A stretch of DNA of 63,023 bases, filler included, from Circinaria calcarea (GCA_051942165.1; 28 parts of 28 records of this genome joined end to end with filler, not necessarily neighbours in it); one strand, 5' to 3'; shown: positions 12,724 to 24,876, numbered from the whole stretch's first letter. The notes: generated by a model not told the origin, from the letters alone. Program-made: numbers and translations.

Positions 12724-13320
12724 GTGCTGTTTTTTTCGTTGACTCCTTGGCTAAATGCGGTAGGCAACGCAATAATCAAATACGCTACCATCTTTTCGAT
12801 TAGCCTCTTCCATAGGTTTAAGCCTTGGGGATTCCCATCGGCTATATCACCTTGGGACGTCTTTTTAACATTGCGCAGCTATCACTTCAACCTTTTGAGC
12901 TGGGATTACTTTCACCCAAGAATATCAAAATGGAAGCCCCACCTTCGTGGGAGGGTGAACGTTCACTGGTATAGACATTCCGTACGTCAGAATGACCTTC
13001 GGTCAAGCCAGGGCAATTGACTTGGCCTATAACTGGAATGTCAGGCGCGGAGATCAAGCTCTCTTGACGTTCTCATCTTATGATTCTTATGGAGTGTTCA
13101 CGGATGCTTTGATGAGGGCTGCCGAAGTCCATGATATACCCTGTGAGATCTTTACCTCACTGGCGGTATTTTCAACTAAGACTGATGCACTATGGCAGCT
13201 TACCAAAGGTCTACTCAGTGTGTCTGCCTGACGCGTTGGACTTATAATGACATAGCTATTGATCTCAACGACGTACCTGGCTTCCTTTATAAGTTTAATA
13301 GAAATCATTGTTGGATATGG
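12724..13320 (+). pseudogene. Degenerate copy of a fungal hypothetical membrane-protein family
   Basis: MTFGQARAIDLAYNWNVRRGDQALL...VFTDALMRAAE resembles the conserved FxQAKxIDxxW...GRGGQ...VFTDAL motif, but the frame carries TGA (13229-13231) and a nearby TAG, and the upstream part is broken. Confidence 0.55.
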
Positions 13321-13584
13321 GGCCTTTACCAAACCATGAACACGAGAGACTATTTTTGGTCGATTGCACTCTGCTATAGAGATAAGCGTGATGATTCCTC
13401 AAGGGAATCATCCCGCCTACGGAGTATTTTTTGCTCAGGTGGCTTTGATACCCCCGGGGCCAGTCCGCCCTGATCCACCTGATCNNNNNNNNNNNNNNNN
13501 NNNNNNNNNNNNNNNNNNNNNNNNNNNNTTAATTAATTAANNNNNNNNNNNNNNNNNNNNNNNNNNNNNNNNNNNNNNNNNNNN

Positions 13585-14030
13585 AAGTAATATAGGCATG
13601 AAATATAGTATGGAACGGAGCATAGCATAGAGCATAGCATGGAGCATAGCATGGAGCATAGCATGGAGCATAGCATGGAGCATAGCATGGAGCATAGCAT
13701 GGAGCATAGCATGGAGCATAGCATGGAGCATAGCATGGAGCATAACAAAGCGAAAACACGCGGCATAGCATAGCGAAAGCACGCAGCATAGCATAGCGAA
13801 AGCACGCAGCATAGCATAAAAAGAGCATTCACTATAGCATGGAAAGAGCATGCAGCATAGTATAGCGAAAGCACGCAGCGTAGCATAGCGCATAGCATGG
13901 AAATAGCATGCAGCATAACACGGAAAGAGTATGCAGCATAGCACGGAAAGAGCATGCAGCATAGCACGGAAAGAGCATGCAGCATAGCATGAAAAGAGCA
14001 TATAGCATAGCATATAGCACGCTGCATATA
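13585..14030 (+). repeat. GCATA-based compound satellite: about 10 copies of GCATAGCATGGA plus about 23-bp variants (GCATGCAGCATAGCACGGAAAGA)
   Basis: Directly visible periodicity. It produces the spurious CYAP/CSML/LHAM repeat ORFs, and the contig breaks at its edge. Confidence 0.95.
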
Positions 14031-14215
14031 AGTTCTGAATATATGCGCGGAGAGTGTATAATCGAGTATTTTACGACCTTCTTAAAAAGGTAAGAGCTAA
14101 GGCCCAAAGAGGTAAAAAAGCTAGGCCTAAGGAGGCAAAAAAGCTAGGCCCAAGGAGGCAAAACAGCTAGGCCAGAAAGCGTAAAAAATTAAATTCTTTA
14201 CGGTAATCTTAAGTG

Positions 14216-14400
14216 TTCTGCTGCGACTCCGGTAGAATTTTGCTCGGATCGGACCGGGTCGTGCCCAGATTTAAACCCTTCAACGTCGTTCCTTTGGTTT
14301 CAGGGCATTCTGCTGCGACTCCGGTAGAATTTTGTTCGGATCGGACCGGGTCGTGCCCAGATTTAAAACCCTTCAACATCGTTCCTTTAATTTCAGGGCA
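14216..14400 (+). repeat. 92-93 bp tandem duplication (2 copies)
   Basis: TTCTGCTGCGACTCCGGTAGAATTTTG...TTTCAGGGCA at 14216-14307 and 14308-14400. The copies differ mainly by C>T/G>A. Confidence 0.9.
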
Positions 14401-14704
14401 ATGCGTCGTGGACGGATTTCGGATATTTTTAATTTATTAGGAAGCCCTAATTTAGGGCTTTCCAATAAATTAAAAAATAACCTCGATCGAAATGATATTT
14501 ATAATAATATTTCACTACGAAAATATTCGGTGTAAGGCCTATAAATAACTTCCGCCTTTTAAACTTTAGTATATAAAATACGTTTTATATAAGATAACCC
14601 AATAAGCCGTAAACGGATTTTAAATATTTTTAATTCGTTGAAAAGCCGTAAATCAGGGCTTTTTAATAAATTAAAAATATCCGAAATCCGTCCACGGCGC
14701 ATTG
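14399..14704. mobile_element. MITE-like element, about 306 bp, with about 80-bp imperfect terminal inverted repeats
   Basis: CAATGCGTCGTGGACGGATTTCGGATATTTTTAATTTATT... at 14399 matches the reverse complement of ...AATAAATTAAAAATATCCGAAATCCGTCCACGGCGCATTG ending 14704. The interior is AT-rich and non-coding; no clear TSD. Confidence 0.65.
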
Positions 14705-15565
14705 AGTTATTTAGTGTAGAAAGTGAGAGGTATAGACGGAGGGGGTATGCGGGTAAATTTGGGGGTATGGGAGTAAGGAATGGCATGTTCGGGGGGTATA
14801 GCAGTAATTCGCCGGAAAAAAAAAGCCCACTCCTTACCGAGTTGGCCTCACGCGCCGAAAATAATCTTCCCACGCCCCGAATCCGGCTGATATCAATAGC
14901 CGGGCTGGGTAAGTTGTAAGAGCTCAATATGGAGAATAATTTAACACGCAAACTTAATAAATACCCCCAAAAACTCCGTTCCGCTAACTATCTGGGTAAT
15001 TTGTCCCTAAACCCCACCTTTTCCTAAAATAAATATACCTACCTAGGCCTCCGCCACCACCGTTTTTTCCCAAGTTCTTCCCCAATTCACTCCGTTAATC
15101 CATCCTTACCTTGCTTTTACCTCCTAAAATAAATCTATCTACCTTCGCTCACCTCACTCCCCCGGCAAAGAAAATCTAAATCAGCTATCTTGATATAAGT
15201 TACGCACTTCTTTTACAATAGATATCCGGCCCCCACACCGTACCATAAGCTTTTCTTTTTCCTTGCTCCCTCAACAGTGAAGCTTAGAACTTTTTCTGAT
15301 TAGGGACCCTGGGGGAAAAAGGGGGCTCAGTATCCCAAGAAGAAGCTCGCCAGAGGCCCTCTTTTTTTTCAAACAGTGTTGGCAACCAGTCTATTGGGTA
15401 CAGAGGGGGCCTCCTCTCCCGCGCGTGGACTACATTTGCGCAATCCATAAACCATCGCAAGTATCTAGTTCGTAACGTGATAGTTGAGATTTGATAATCA
15501 GTCCTCGCTTTCATTACCCCCCCCGGAAATAAAACTAATAAAGTTTTTTTTGTAATCCATATAAT

Positions 15566-15744
15566 TATAAGGGCGCTGCAATCCCTGGGGCCTATTAAGG
15601 AATATAATAAGTCCCGATTAATAATAACACGGTTATATAGGATGTAGTTAAATTGTTGCCCTAGGCTCAATAATATAAAATTTATTGAATACGGTTTATA
15701 AATATATTATTCTAAAAAAGTAGAATAGTTTATTTATATAATAT
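15566..15744 (+). mobile_element. RIP-mutated copy of the LTR-like repeat also found at 51660-51798
   Basis: TATAAGGGCGCTGCAATCC...TGTTGCCCTAGGCTCAATA aligns with 51660-51798; most differences are G>A/C>T. Confidence 0.7.
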
Positions 15745-16460
15745 NNNNNNNNNNNNNNNNNNNNNNNNNNNNNNNNNNNNNNNNNNNNTTAATTAATTAA
15801 NNNNNNNNNNNNNNNNNNNNNNNNNNNNNNNNNNNNNNNNNNNNCTTACAAGTGTAGCAATATACTTCTATTGTCACTATTTACTTGCCAAGTGATTGGT
15901 ATAGAACTTTCGCGCATATTACAGAGCCCCTGCCTTATACCAGTGACTAGCATTGCCTTTGCCTAAGAAGCTTAGGGACGTAACAGTACTCTGGGCAGAG
16001 TACTAATAGGGAGGATATTAACGTTTTTATAAGGCTGCGTGGGCGTAATAAAGAGTGGAGGAGTGCGTTAATAATACGATAGGGTGCGTGGGAGCTCGGA
16101 ATAGCATAATAAAGGTGCGTGGTAGAAATTCGCTGTTTATTTATCCTCCTCACACTTGGATAAATCTCACGTTGGATTCCTCGGGCCATTTTCACATTCT
16201 CGCGATTATTGAAGATCCCTCGTCTAATCGTCCTCGAAAGTGTAACGCAGCGCAGCCTATTAAGCGTGGCCTAAAACCATGATATAATAGTTGTGGAGAT
16301 CCTATGCTAAGCTCTTGTTAGTCGTGAGTTGTCCGAAAAGCGGTTGTTTTGAAGCTTCCACCAGAAACAGCATGACGAAAGCAAAGGTGCAGACTGGACA
16401 GCCTCCGAGCCAGGATTGGGAGACCGGATTGTAGAGCCAACTTATTGCCTGTTAATTGCT

Positions 16461-17430
16461 CTATCCTCTCTGCCGGATTGGTTTGGGCTTCCGTTTTTTG
16501 AACACCACGCTGGCACCATCTAAGCCGTCTTCCTGCTTGACAGTGGATTCGCCATAAGTCGAGCCGAGTGGTAATATCTCACTATCGCCCTCAAATGAAT
16601 TCTCTTCCTTGATGAATGGTACATCTGGAGATCCACTATTATTTGTCTGGACAGACTGCATGCTATGCGGCTGCATACCTGTACTGCTGTTGCTCAATCC
16701 GGCAGGCTCCTTCTTATGCGCCGTAGATGTAAAGTTTAGTAGCGTATCCAGATCAGCATCATCTTCTCGTGCGCCAGGATACGTGCGGGTAGTCAAGCCC
16801 CAGCTCTTCCGGGACCCCGACTCGCCAGCTTCCTGCTCCTCGTCCTCCGCTTTGTCCTGCTTCCGCTTTCGTATTCCGACATTGAGCCCATTCGGCTTGG
16901 CATCCTCCAATTCCTCCTCCTTCTTAACATCATCGTAAATGAATCTCTCTGAGGTTATCTGCCAGTCGCCCGCCATTGCCATCTCTCTCCTATACTCCTC
17001 AGGAACCGCCACTCCCAGCTCAGCCAGACGGGCCATCTGCTTCTTCCTCTCTGCAGGCGTTGCTTGCTGGGGTTGAGATGTTGACGGAGGCCGCACGGAA
17101 GGCTTTAGAAGTGATGTCATCGATTTCGACCCTGCCATGGAGCTTACAGACATCCCAGACGCAGTACCATTGAGCCGTGCGACTTCATCCTTTGCTCGCT
17201 GCTTCTCCCGTTCATCCCGCTCGTTACTTCGATGAAGGTCACGCAAGAAGCGTTTGAGGTTGCCTTGATGTTTGGGGGTCGCCTCGTGGTTTTGCTTTTC
17301 GAGCTTGGTATCTCGAACATACGTCTTGCAGTGTTTGCACCAATATTTAGGCTTTACATGAGAAATTAGCCATCACAACCATAAGCTGGGGAATTAATAT
17401 GCTCACGGTGGACTTCCAGTATTCCGACAT
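16461..17430 (-). CDS. U1-type zinc-finger protein WBP4/FBP21-like, copy B (diverged allele or paralog of 7563-8532)
   Basis: Same exon/intron layout and the same 261-aa ORF length as copy A, with scattered substitutions. Confidence 0.88.
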
Positions 17431-18257
17431 TCTCGAGATTATGGACTTAAGTAAAGACTCTTAGGCCCTTTAGCGCTGAATCTCTTTCACGCTGGAGATG
17501 ATACCAGTGGGTGACTCCTTGACCGAGGGCGCTGGGAGAATTAAATCGTGAAATGTATTGGATCACCTGCCCGATAGGGCTGAAAATACTCTGGTCGCTT
17601 CAATGCGATGGTGGTTCCACCAACATGTCGTGTAGTAAACACTCATCCACGTCTTTCAACTGATTTTGAATTTTCTAAATCCTGACAAGCTGTATTCAGT
17701 CACAAATTCTCCACTTGTCTGTTATGGAGCCTCTATGCATGGCTATTAGACGATCCTCGGCGCAGATTCTCCCTCGAGGAACGAACTCCACAATCCCATG
17801 TCTTTTTACACCGCGATCTCAACTCGCGTCAAAAGCAGTATCACCGAGATATCTTTCTGTTTCCTCCGTACGCCCCGCGCCTGGGGACACTCTTTTAGGC
17901 AGCCTCTCGTCAAACCCATCTTCCTCTCCCTCCTCTTACTTCCAACGCCCTTCGCTCCCTGCAAACACCATCATCCGCTTTGTGCCGCAGCAGACAGCAT
18001 GGANNNNNNNNNNNNNNNNNNNNNNNNNNNNNNNNNNNNNNNNNNNNTTAATTAATTAANNNNNNNNNNNNNNNNNNNNNNNNNNNNNNNNNNNNNNNNN
18101 NNNATGATTGTTTGTGAACTTTGGGGTTTCTTGCGTGCGCAGTCTCCTACGTTTGGGATGAGATACAGGTTGGATAAGCTGGAGTCCCCTCTTCTATGAA
18201 GAAGACGACGTTGTCACTCCACTAACGTTAGCCATCGAAGAAGGGTAATCGGTACAG

Positions 18258-20261
18258 ATGTCTTCCCATTCGGAGATGCCGGAACCGAGAGCGGATTCTG
18301 GTGTCGGACGAGGAGAGCGCTCTCGAGACGAAAGGGCTATAGAGGACATGGCGGATAGCTCACTCCTAGGAAGGACTATTGACCCTGTCAAGGTTGCAAA
18401 AGAGCCTAGAAGCTTAAGCGGGTTGTGGTCGGCAATTCCAAATCGCAGAAAGCGTGCAAAGGCCAGGGACAGTCTCAATGAAGGAATGAATACCAGCACT
18501 GGCAACTCTCCTTCAGGTTCTGCAGGATCACCTCTCTTTCGGAAAGATTCAAATTCTGCATCAATGGAGAGGGATCCTTCCCGCATCATAAGCCTTGAGA
18601 ATCATAACCAACTTGATGGAAATGAAGCGGACACTTCAGACAATGAAAACTTATCGTCAGCTACCTTTGATGGAAATGAAGCGGATACTTCAGACAATGA
18701 AAATTTATCGTCAGCTACCTTTGATGGAAATGAAGCGGATACTTCAGACAATGACGACTTATGGCTGGCTACTTCTGACTCACCACCGCTTGAGACCCTA
18801 GACTCTGTGCTTTCCATGGGCTCAGCGTGCACCTCTCCTTTGCCATTAGGTGTGGATAGCGATGAGGATATCTTGCGGCCTCTAGAATGGATAGACCGAC
18901 TGAAAGACATTGAAAAAGAGGTGTTTGAGAAGTCCTATTACTGGTTTAAAAAGGAGCCATTGGGAAAGGGGATTCAAGGAGTGCGTTCTTCGTCAGCGCA
19001 TAGCTCGCAGACATACTTTCGCTCAAAATTCCTGCCTTCCTTTTGTGAAGTGCAGGGTTTAGATGAGAGCTGGCAACATCTGCGCCATCTAGAGTTTGAA
19101 CTTGAATCTGAATATACAGGTCGTAACAACAGCAAGCAGGCTTCCACGGAGATGGCACTAGCAGAGCTGGTCTCCCTGTACGTGAACTTTCACTTAGAGG
19201 ACAGAGCAGTCACAGAACCCAAGATATCACGGGAATGGAAAGAGTCCATCTATGGTGCTGAACTAGACATGATGAAGACATCCCTGAACATCTTGATCAC
19301 GCTATGCCGAACCATTGAAGCCCTACAGGAAAGAGGGATCTGCAACGAGGGTATCAGTATTTTTGTCGCCAATCACAAATCTGGAGCGGTCCGGCTCGAA
19401 CCTATTAGGCTATCTAAGATTGTCGAACTGGTTCAACGACTCAATCGTACCTTAAGGAGCATACTCTGGGGTCTCCGTAATGGATATACTGCAAGAAACT
19501 ACTGTACGGGACGAATGCCCAATTTTAAAGACAATTACGGTCAAATCTTTGATCTCGAAGGCTTGCAAGCGATGGAACAATCTGCTTCCTTCGCAACTAT
19601 TGTATGCCTTTGGTGGACGATCGCCCAGGTCCTTGATGTCGGTGTGATATCATATTGTGGAGCACACCTCGTTTCCACATCCGACCATCTTTGGGCCCTT
19701 GACAGTTACAGTTTAGAGTCGTCCATTAGGCGTCCTAAATTCTCTGGAATAGTGTTAAATGAATGCATGATAGCTGGCCTCTGGCCTCTCAGCTACTCAG
19801 CAGTTTCGCTGACTTGTATGAATGAATTCCTCCAGGGAAAGAAGATCTGGGTTGTTCAGCTTCCACCAGACTTACTTTTTTCCGCACACATATCCACCAC
19901 CATCGAAGATCTTGCTGATATATGGGGTCCTCTATGGAAGCTCACCGAGCAGACCGATATGGAATCAGATACACTGGCCTTATGCTATTACGGAATTGGC
20001 ATAGGCGTCATTGTTAGATGGCCTGATGACACTGATGAATTGGATGGGGTTTCTTGCCATTTCTTACCTTCTGTGGCACAACTAACTCCGAAGCATTCCA
20101 AGATCAATGCATCTGAGAAACAGAGACTTCTGATTGGAGCTCCTGAATCGGGAGGTTTGGACATGAACCCTTCATGCACAGGTCCACAGCTAAAGAATTT
20201 TGTTGGTGCCAAATTAATCCCTTCCGGAACCTCGGAACCTTCAAGTTACCTGGACTCAATT
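18258..20261 (+). CDS. Large hypothetical protein (over 660 aa, 3'-truncated) with an internal 18-aa acidic repeat
   Basis: Stop-free 2-kb ORF. The motif STTIEDLADIWGPLW resembles an uncharacterised ascomycete family. No known domain recognised. Confidence 0.7.
18613..18772 (+). repeat. In-frame 54-bp coding tandem repeat, about 3 copies (DGNEADTSDNENLSSATF)
   Basis: GATGGAAATGAAGCGGAYACTTCAGACAATGA recurs at 54-bp spacing. Confidence 0.92.
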
Positions 20262-20361
20262 NNNNNNNNNNNNNNNNNNNNNNNNNNNNNNNNNNNNNNN
20301 NNNNNTTAATTAATTAANNNNNNNNNNNNNNNNNNNNNNNNNNNNNNNNNNNNNNNNNNNN

Positions 20362-21029
20362 TCAACTGCTCCCGAGTCGACCACACGGCCTGGAGCTACA
20401 ACGCCGGCATGCTCCTCTCCGGCGCCTCCGTCCTAGCAAACTACACAAACTCCCCTCTTTGGCAAAGGAGAGCCACCGGTCTCCTCAGCTCTGCAGCATC
20501 CAATTTCTTTACCCCTTTTCCCAATGCCTCGAATATCATGTACGAGCCTGCATGCGAGAAAGCTACCGCATGCAACAACGACCAGCTCAGCTTCAAAGCC
20601 TACCTCGCACGCTGGATGGCGGCTTCTACGCAGATGGCGCCCTACACCACCGAAGCTGTTATGAAGCTCCTCCGACCTTCGGCATTGGCAGCCGTGGGAG
20701 CTTGTTCAGGGGGAAGCGACAATCGGACTTGCGGCACGAAATGGTACGTTGGTGGTTGGGATGGGACGTCCGGAATTGGCCAGCAGCTCGCGGCTCTGGA
20801 GGTTGTGCAGGGCTTGCTTGTCAATAGCATCGAGCCACCGGCTGTGGCGAGTGGAGTGAGGATTAGTTTGGCTACGGCCACGTCAACTGTTATTCTACCC
20901 ACGGGGATGCCGACACCGAAAGATGAAAATGGGAAACCTGCTTCTAGCACTGGAATTCCAGGGCAAATTCAGAATGGAATGTCATGGTTCGCATGGTTAA
21001 TTCTGTTTGCTGGGGTATTGATTGTATAG
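20362..21029 (+). CDS. Glycoside hydrolase family 76 (Dcw1/Dfg5-like), C-terminal part with probable GPI-signal tail
   Basis: WSYNAG, MYEPACE...CNNDQLSFKAYLARWM, CSGG...CGTKW...GIGQQLAALEV, then a Ser/Thr-rich linker and hydrophobic C-terminus. Confidence 0.9.
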
Positions 21030-22030
21030 GGTGGAGTATAGGTAGAGTTGTTCGTTTATAACTTTCGAGATGGGAATGTGAAGTTTTGCAGCATTGAATA
21101 ATGGAGGATTTCTCTGTATGAAGTTTGGAGGGATTATTCTGATTGGACCCCAAGGTTCCGAATACGACTCTATGCTTTCACATGGAAAAGGGTCCTTGGG
21201 GGAGCTTACGAGCGTTTACTATGTACGCGCAATCATGACCTGGTCAGGCACTCGAAGGTTGCGGGGTACACTAGAGCGCCGATCGTCTTGACTTCCCAGC
21301 CGAAATTGACTTTTTAGTCGGATCGAGTGGGAGCTTAACAAGACGACACGTGCCCATTCCTGGCCTCGTCGAGTCGTCCCATTGACAATAAAGACGACCT
21401 GGTGTTGATGAAGTGCAGCAGGTCAGACCAGGTCCACAAGAACAAGCACTGGGGCACCGATACTACTCTGTAATCGAAGTACCGACACCATTTGAGAATT
21501 TAAAAGACTACCATAACGACCAAGTCAGGCTCGACTATCCCCTGGCACCCCAATACCCACTATTCGATAGCGCCCTAGCGGTAGCGGCTAATTAATTGCC
21601 CCAAACGGCATGGCCGATTGAGCTTGAACGCAAAAAACAATTTCATCTGGATCGACGGGTTGAAAGCGAGCACTTGGCCTACAACTCGGTCGTGGCCAAG
21701 GAAACAAGGGTCTTCCGGCAGAGCGTGGAAAGGGACTGGCCCTGTCTCCTTTGGGACTAGCGGTTCCTCGTTTCATTGGTTCCAAAGCTCATTCTGTCTC
21801 GTAACAGCGTCATGGCTCAGACGGGGACCACGGCCGGCTCCCCTCCAAAGGAAGCGGCCTGCCTTGAGGATGGGGCTGTGAATTATCCGACATCCTCACC
21901 TGCGGAGTAGCTCCGAGGATATATTCCCTCGTCTTCCCCCTTTCCTTTCATCTATTTGCAAGCCGCTTCTCCAACGGTCACCCTTTTTCCTACACTTGCA
22001 CTCAATCATTTCCGCTTCATCACCAGCATC

Positions 22031-22474
22031 ATGCAGTCCAAACTTCTCTCCTTGGTGGCATTGGCTGCCACTGTTTCTGGCCAATCTCTCACCAGTGTGT
22101 TGGGGAACAATACAGAACTCTCCAACCTGACTAGCCTTGTCCCTCCGTCCATTCTGTCCACTCTTCTAACCGCCCAAAACATCACGATTCTTGCTCCTTC
22201 AAACGCTGCATTTGCCAAGCTCATAAACAGCCCCGCGGGTGCGGCCCTTGCTGCAAATGACACCGCTGCAATACAGGCCTTATTGATGTATCATGTTCTT
22301 AATGGAACCTATTATGCATCCGCGATCAACAGTACCCCTACCTTCCCCCCGACTATGCTCAGCGACACGGCATATACCAACGTGACTGGTGGGCAACGTG
22401 TGGAAGCCATCGCCCAAGGAAACAATGTTACATTCTTCTCAGGCCTCCTCCAAAACTCCACCGTTACCCAAGCT
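22031..22474 (+). CDS. Secreted fasciclin (FAS1) domain protein, first exon
   Basis: Signal peptide MQSKLLSLVALAATVSG, NITILAPSNAAF and LLMYHVLNGTY; followed by intron GTGAGT...TTAG at the contig end. Confidence 0.9.
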
Positions 22475-22619
22475 GTGAGTCGTCTCATTCTCCTATGATG
22501 TCTCGTGCTGATCTCTTAGNNNNNNNNNNNNNNNNNNNNNNNNNNNNNNNNNNNNNNNNNNNNTTAATTAATTAANNNNNNNNNNNNNNNNNNNNNNNNN
22601 NNNNNNNNNNNNNNNNNNN

Positions 22620-23336
22620 CGGCTCACAAGATCAATCCAGCTACTCCTACTACTTCCTCCCTCCCCGAGAAGATCTCAATTCTCCAGACATGTACATACC
22701 CGTTATGGCCTTTGTGACATACATTCTCCTTTCCACCCTTCTTGCCGGTCTGCGAGGAGACTTCCACCCCCAAGTAATGGGATCTCTCTTCTCCTACGCC
22801 CTGGTAGTCGTACTGATCGAAATCGCCATCCTAAAACTGGGCACATATATCCTCTCCATCACCAACGACTCCCAGCTCCTTGACCTGGTCGCCTACTCGG
22901 GATACAAATTCGTCGGAGTCATCGTTACCCTCATTATATCCGAAACTTTGAATGCAGGCAAAGGCACAGGTGGCTGGGCTGGCTGGACAGTCTTCGCATA
23001 TACATTCCTAGCAAATGCCTTCTTTCTCGTAAGTTTCACTACTTCTCCTTCCACTTTCCGGGCTTCGCATCATATCTGTAAAGCAATGGCCCTATGAAGA
23101 TCTCAGCTTAACCCTCCCTTCCTTTATAGCTCCGCTCCCTCAAATACGTCCTCCTCCCCGACTCCTCCGGCACCGGCGGAACCGGCATGACCCACACCGT
23201 GGCGCGCTCCCAGCGTAACCGCCGCACCCAGTTCCTCTTCCTTTACTCGTACGTGGTGCAATTCGTCTTCATGTGGATATTAAGCAAGGTGGATAGTCCA
23301 TCTGCTAGGGTTGTGGGCGGGAAGGGTGTGGTTTAG
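22620..23336 (+). CDS. YIF1: ER-Golgi transport protein Yif1, C-terminal part, 2 exons
   Basis: PPREDLNSPDMYIPVMAFVTYILL, LLDLVAYSGYKFVG, ANAFFL|LRSLKYVLLP...RRTQFLFLYSY. Confidence 0.93.
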
Positions 23337-24536
23337 TTGTAAGGGGGAATTAGGAATTAGCTTCAGGGATAAAAGACTTTTCCGATCTCGCCAACCCTCT
23401 TTTCTTCGACTACACCCGCTATGACTCTCGAGCCGTCTTCTGACTTTCCCGTACCCACCTCCTTTGCTCTCTCTGTATTCCCTACTCAGATTGGTTGCTA
23501 ACCATCCTGGCCAAACACCCCATACCTTGATCCTCTCCTTCCCTAAGGCGGAACGCTGCTTGTAACAGACAGGCTATTCAGTCTCGAATAACTAAAAGTG
23601 CCCAGTCAAGTTATAAAACATTTCTATATTTAATTCCTACCTACTGTCTTACTTACGTATCGTTAGCGGTAGGCAACTGTCACGTAGTGAAAGGCGTGCT
23701 CTCAAGTGCATAGTATGTGTATTTAGTGTAAGATTGATGTGTGTAGCCAGAATGGCTACACGAAGCTAAATATATGGCCCGTAGGGCTGCGCGGGCCGAC
23801 GTGCGCCCGTCAGGGGATGGCCCAGGGCTGACAGCAACACTTGGAAGGGCTGAGACTCGTGGTTGATATGGTATAGAGAACCCCGAAGGCAGAATATACC
23901 GGAATAAGGTTAGCGTAATCGAGCAGGCGTTAACAATGGAAGACCTGTGCTCGGATTCATGTACAGTAACAAAGGATTGTTTACGGCCGAAACACAGGAA
24001 TTCTGGGGCTAATCCACATGACGTTGCTGAAAAAAGAACCCGCAGCAGCCGCATGTCGCGCGAGGCTGGGCTTTCTCAACGGCTTTAACATCTGCACATC
24101 TGCCACCGCCATTTCGATGCCCCTTGCACGGATATAACTCAGAGTACTGGCATGCATCAAAGCTTGGAAACCGTGCGGCGATGCTTACGGACTAACACGC
24201 GGATAGGCTCTTGAACGTACGCACGTACAGATGCTGAGGAAGGTTACGTAGCATGTACGGAGTTAAGAGATATCGCAGGAAAGGTATGGGAGCGCTATGC
24301 CGAACATAGAGCATCTTGCGAACCTGACGATGGGTTTCCTTTGCTGCAGGCAGTAAGGCTATCGCGCTGATGAACGTCGCGTTTGTGGCAGTGTATCCCA
24401 TTGCCTTCGCACGTATCGGCTTCTCAGTAGGTATGTACAGATTGAGACCTGGCCAAAAATCTCTTATAATGTTCTCCCTTCCCTTCACTATCGACACAAT
24501 CATCAGTCCTCACGCGAAGCCGTTTCCGAGTACGCC

Positions 24537-24776
24537 ATGTCTATTCCCGACTATAGAAGCCCAAGTCCAGCCTTGGTTTCATCCACTACAAGAAGCCCGG
24601 ATGGATCACTGGACACCAAGTCCGATGCTCCCGCTAATCTTTGGGTCCGGTTTTGGCGAAGAATCTATCGTCCTCTTGGCTTCCGAAAGGGTTACAACTT
24701 CCCGCTGTTCATCATCACCTTCGGTGCCCTCATGGGATTCACGCTTGCCCGCTTCCAGTATCTCGACATCTCCGGC
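24537..24776 (+). CDS. Membrane protein, DUF2306-like, N-terminus (truncated)
   Basis: RRIYRPLGFRKGYNFPLFIITFGALMGFTLARFQYL, a conserved N-terminus of a fungal membrane family. Confidence 0.7.
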
Positions 24777-24876
24777 NNNNNNNNNNNNNNNNNNNNNNNN
24801 NNNNNNNNNNNNNNNNNNNNTTAATTAATTAANNNNNNNNNNNNNNNNNNNNNNNNNNNNNNNNNNNNNNNNNNNN

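Noticed and set aside
13529..14107. Cys/Met/His-rich repeat ORFs (CYAP, CSML, LHAM), also at 33123-33852, as metallothionein-like or repeat-core peptide precursors
   Set aside because: All three frames of the strand are open simply because the satellite lacks stop codons there. There is no signal peptide, no Kex2-type processing sites and no gene structure.
15845..16290. TA-rich segment beyond copy B as a defined transposon or LTR
   Set aside because: Composition suggests a repeat remnant, but I found no termini, second copy or coding motif in this window.
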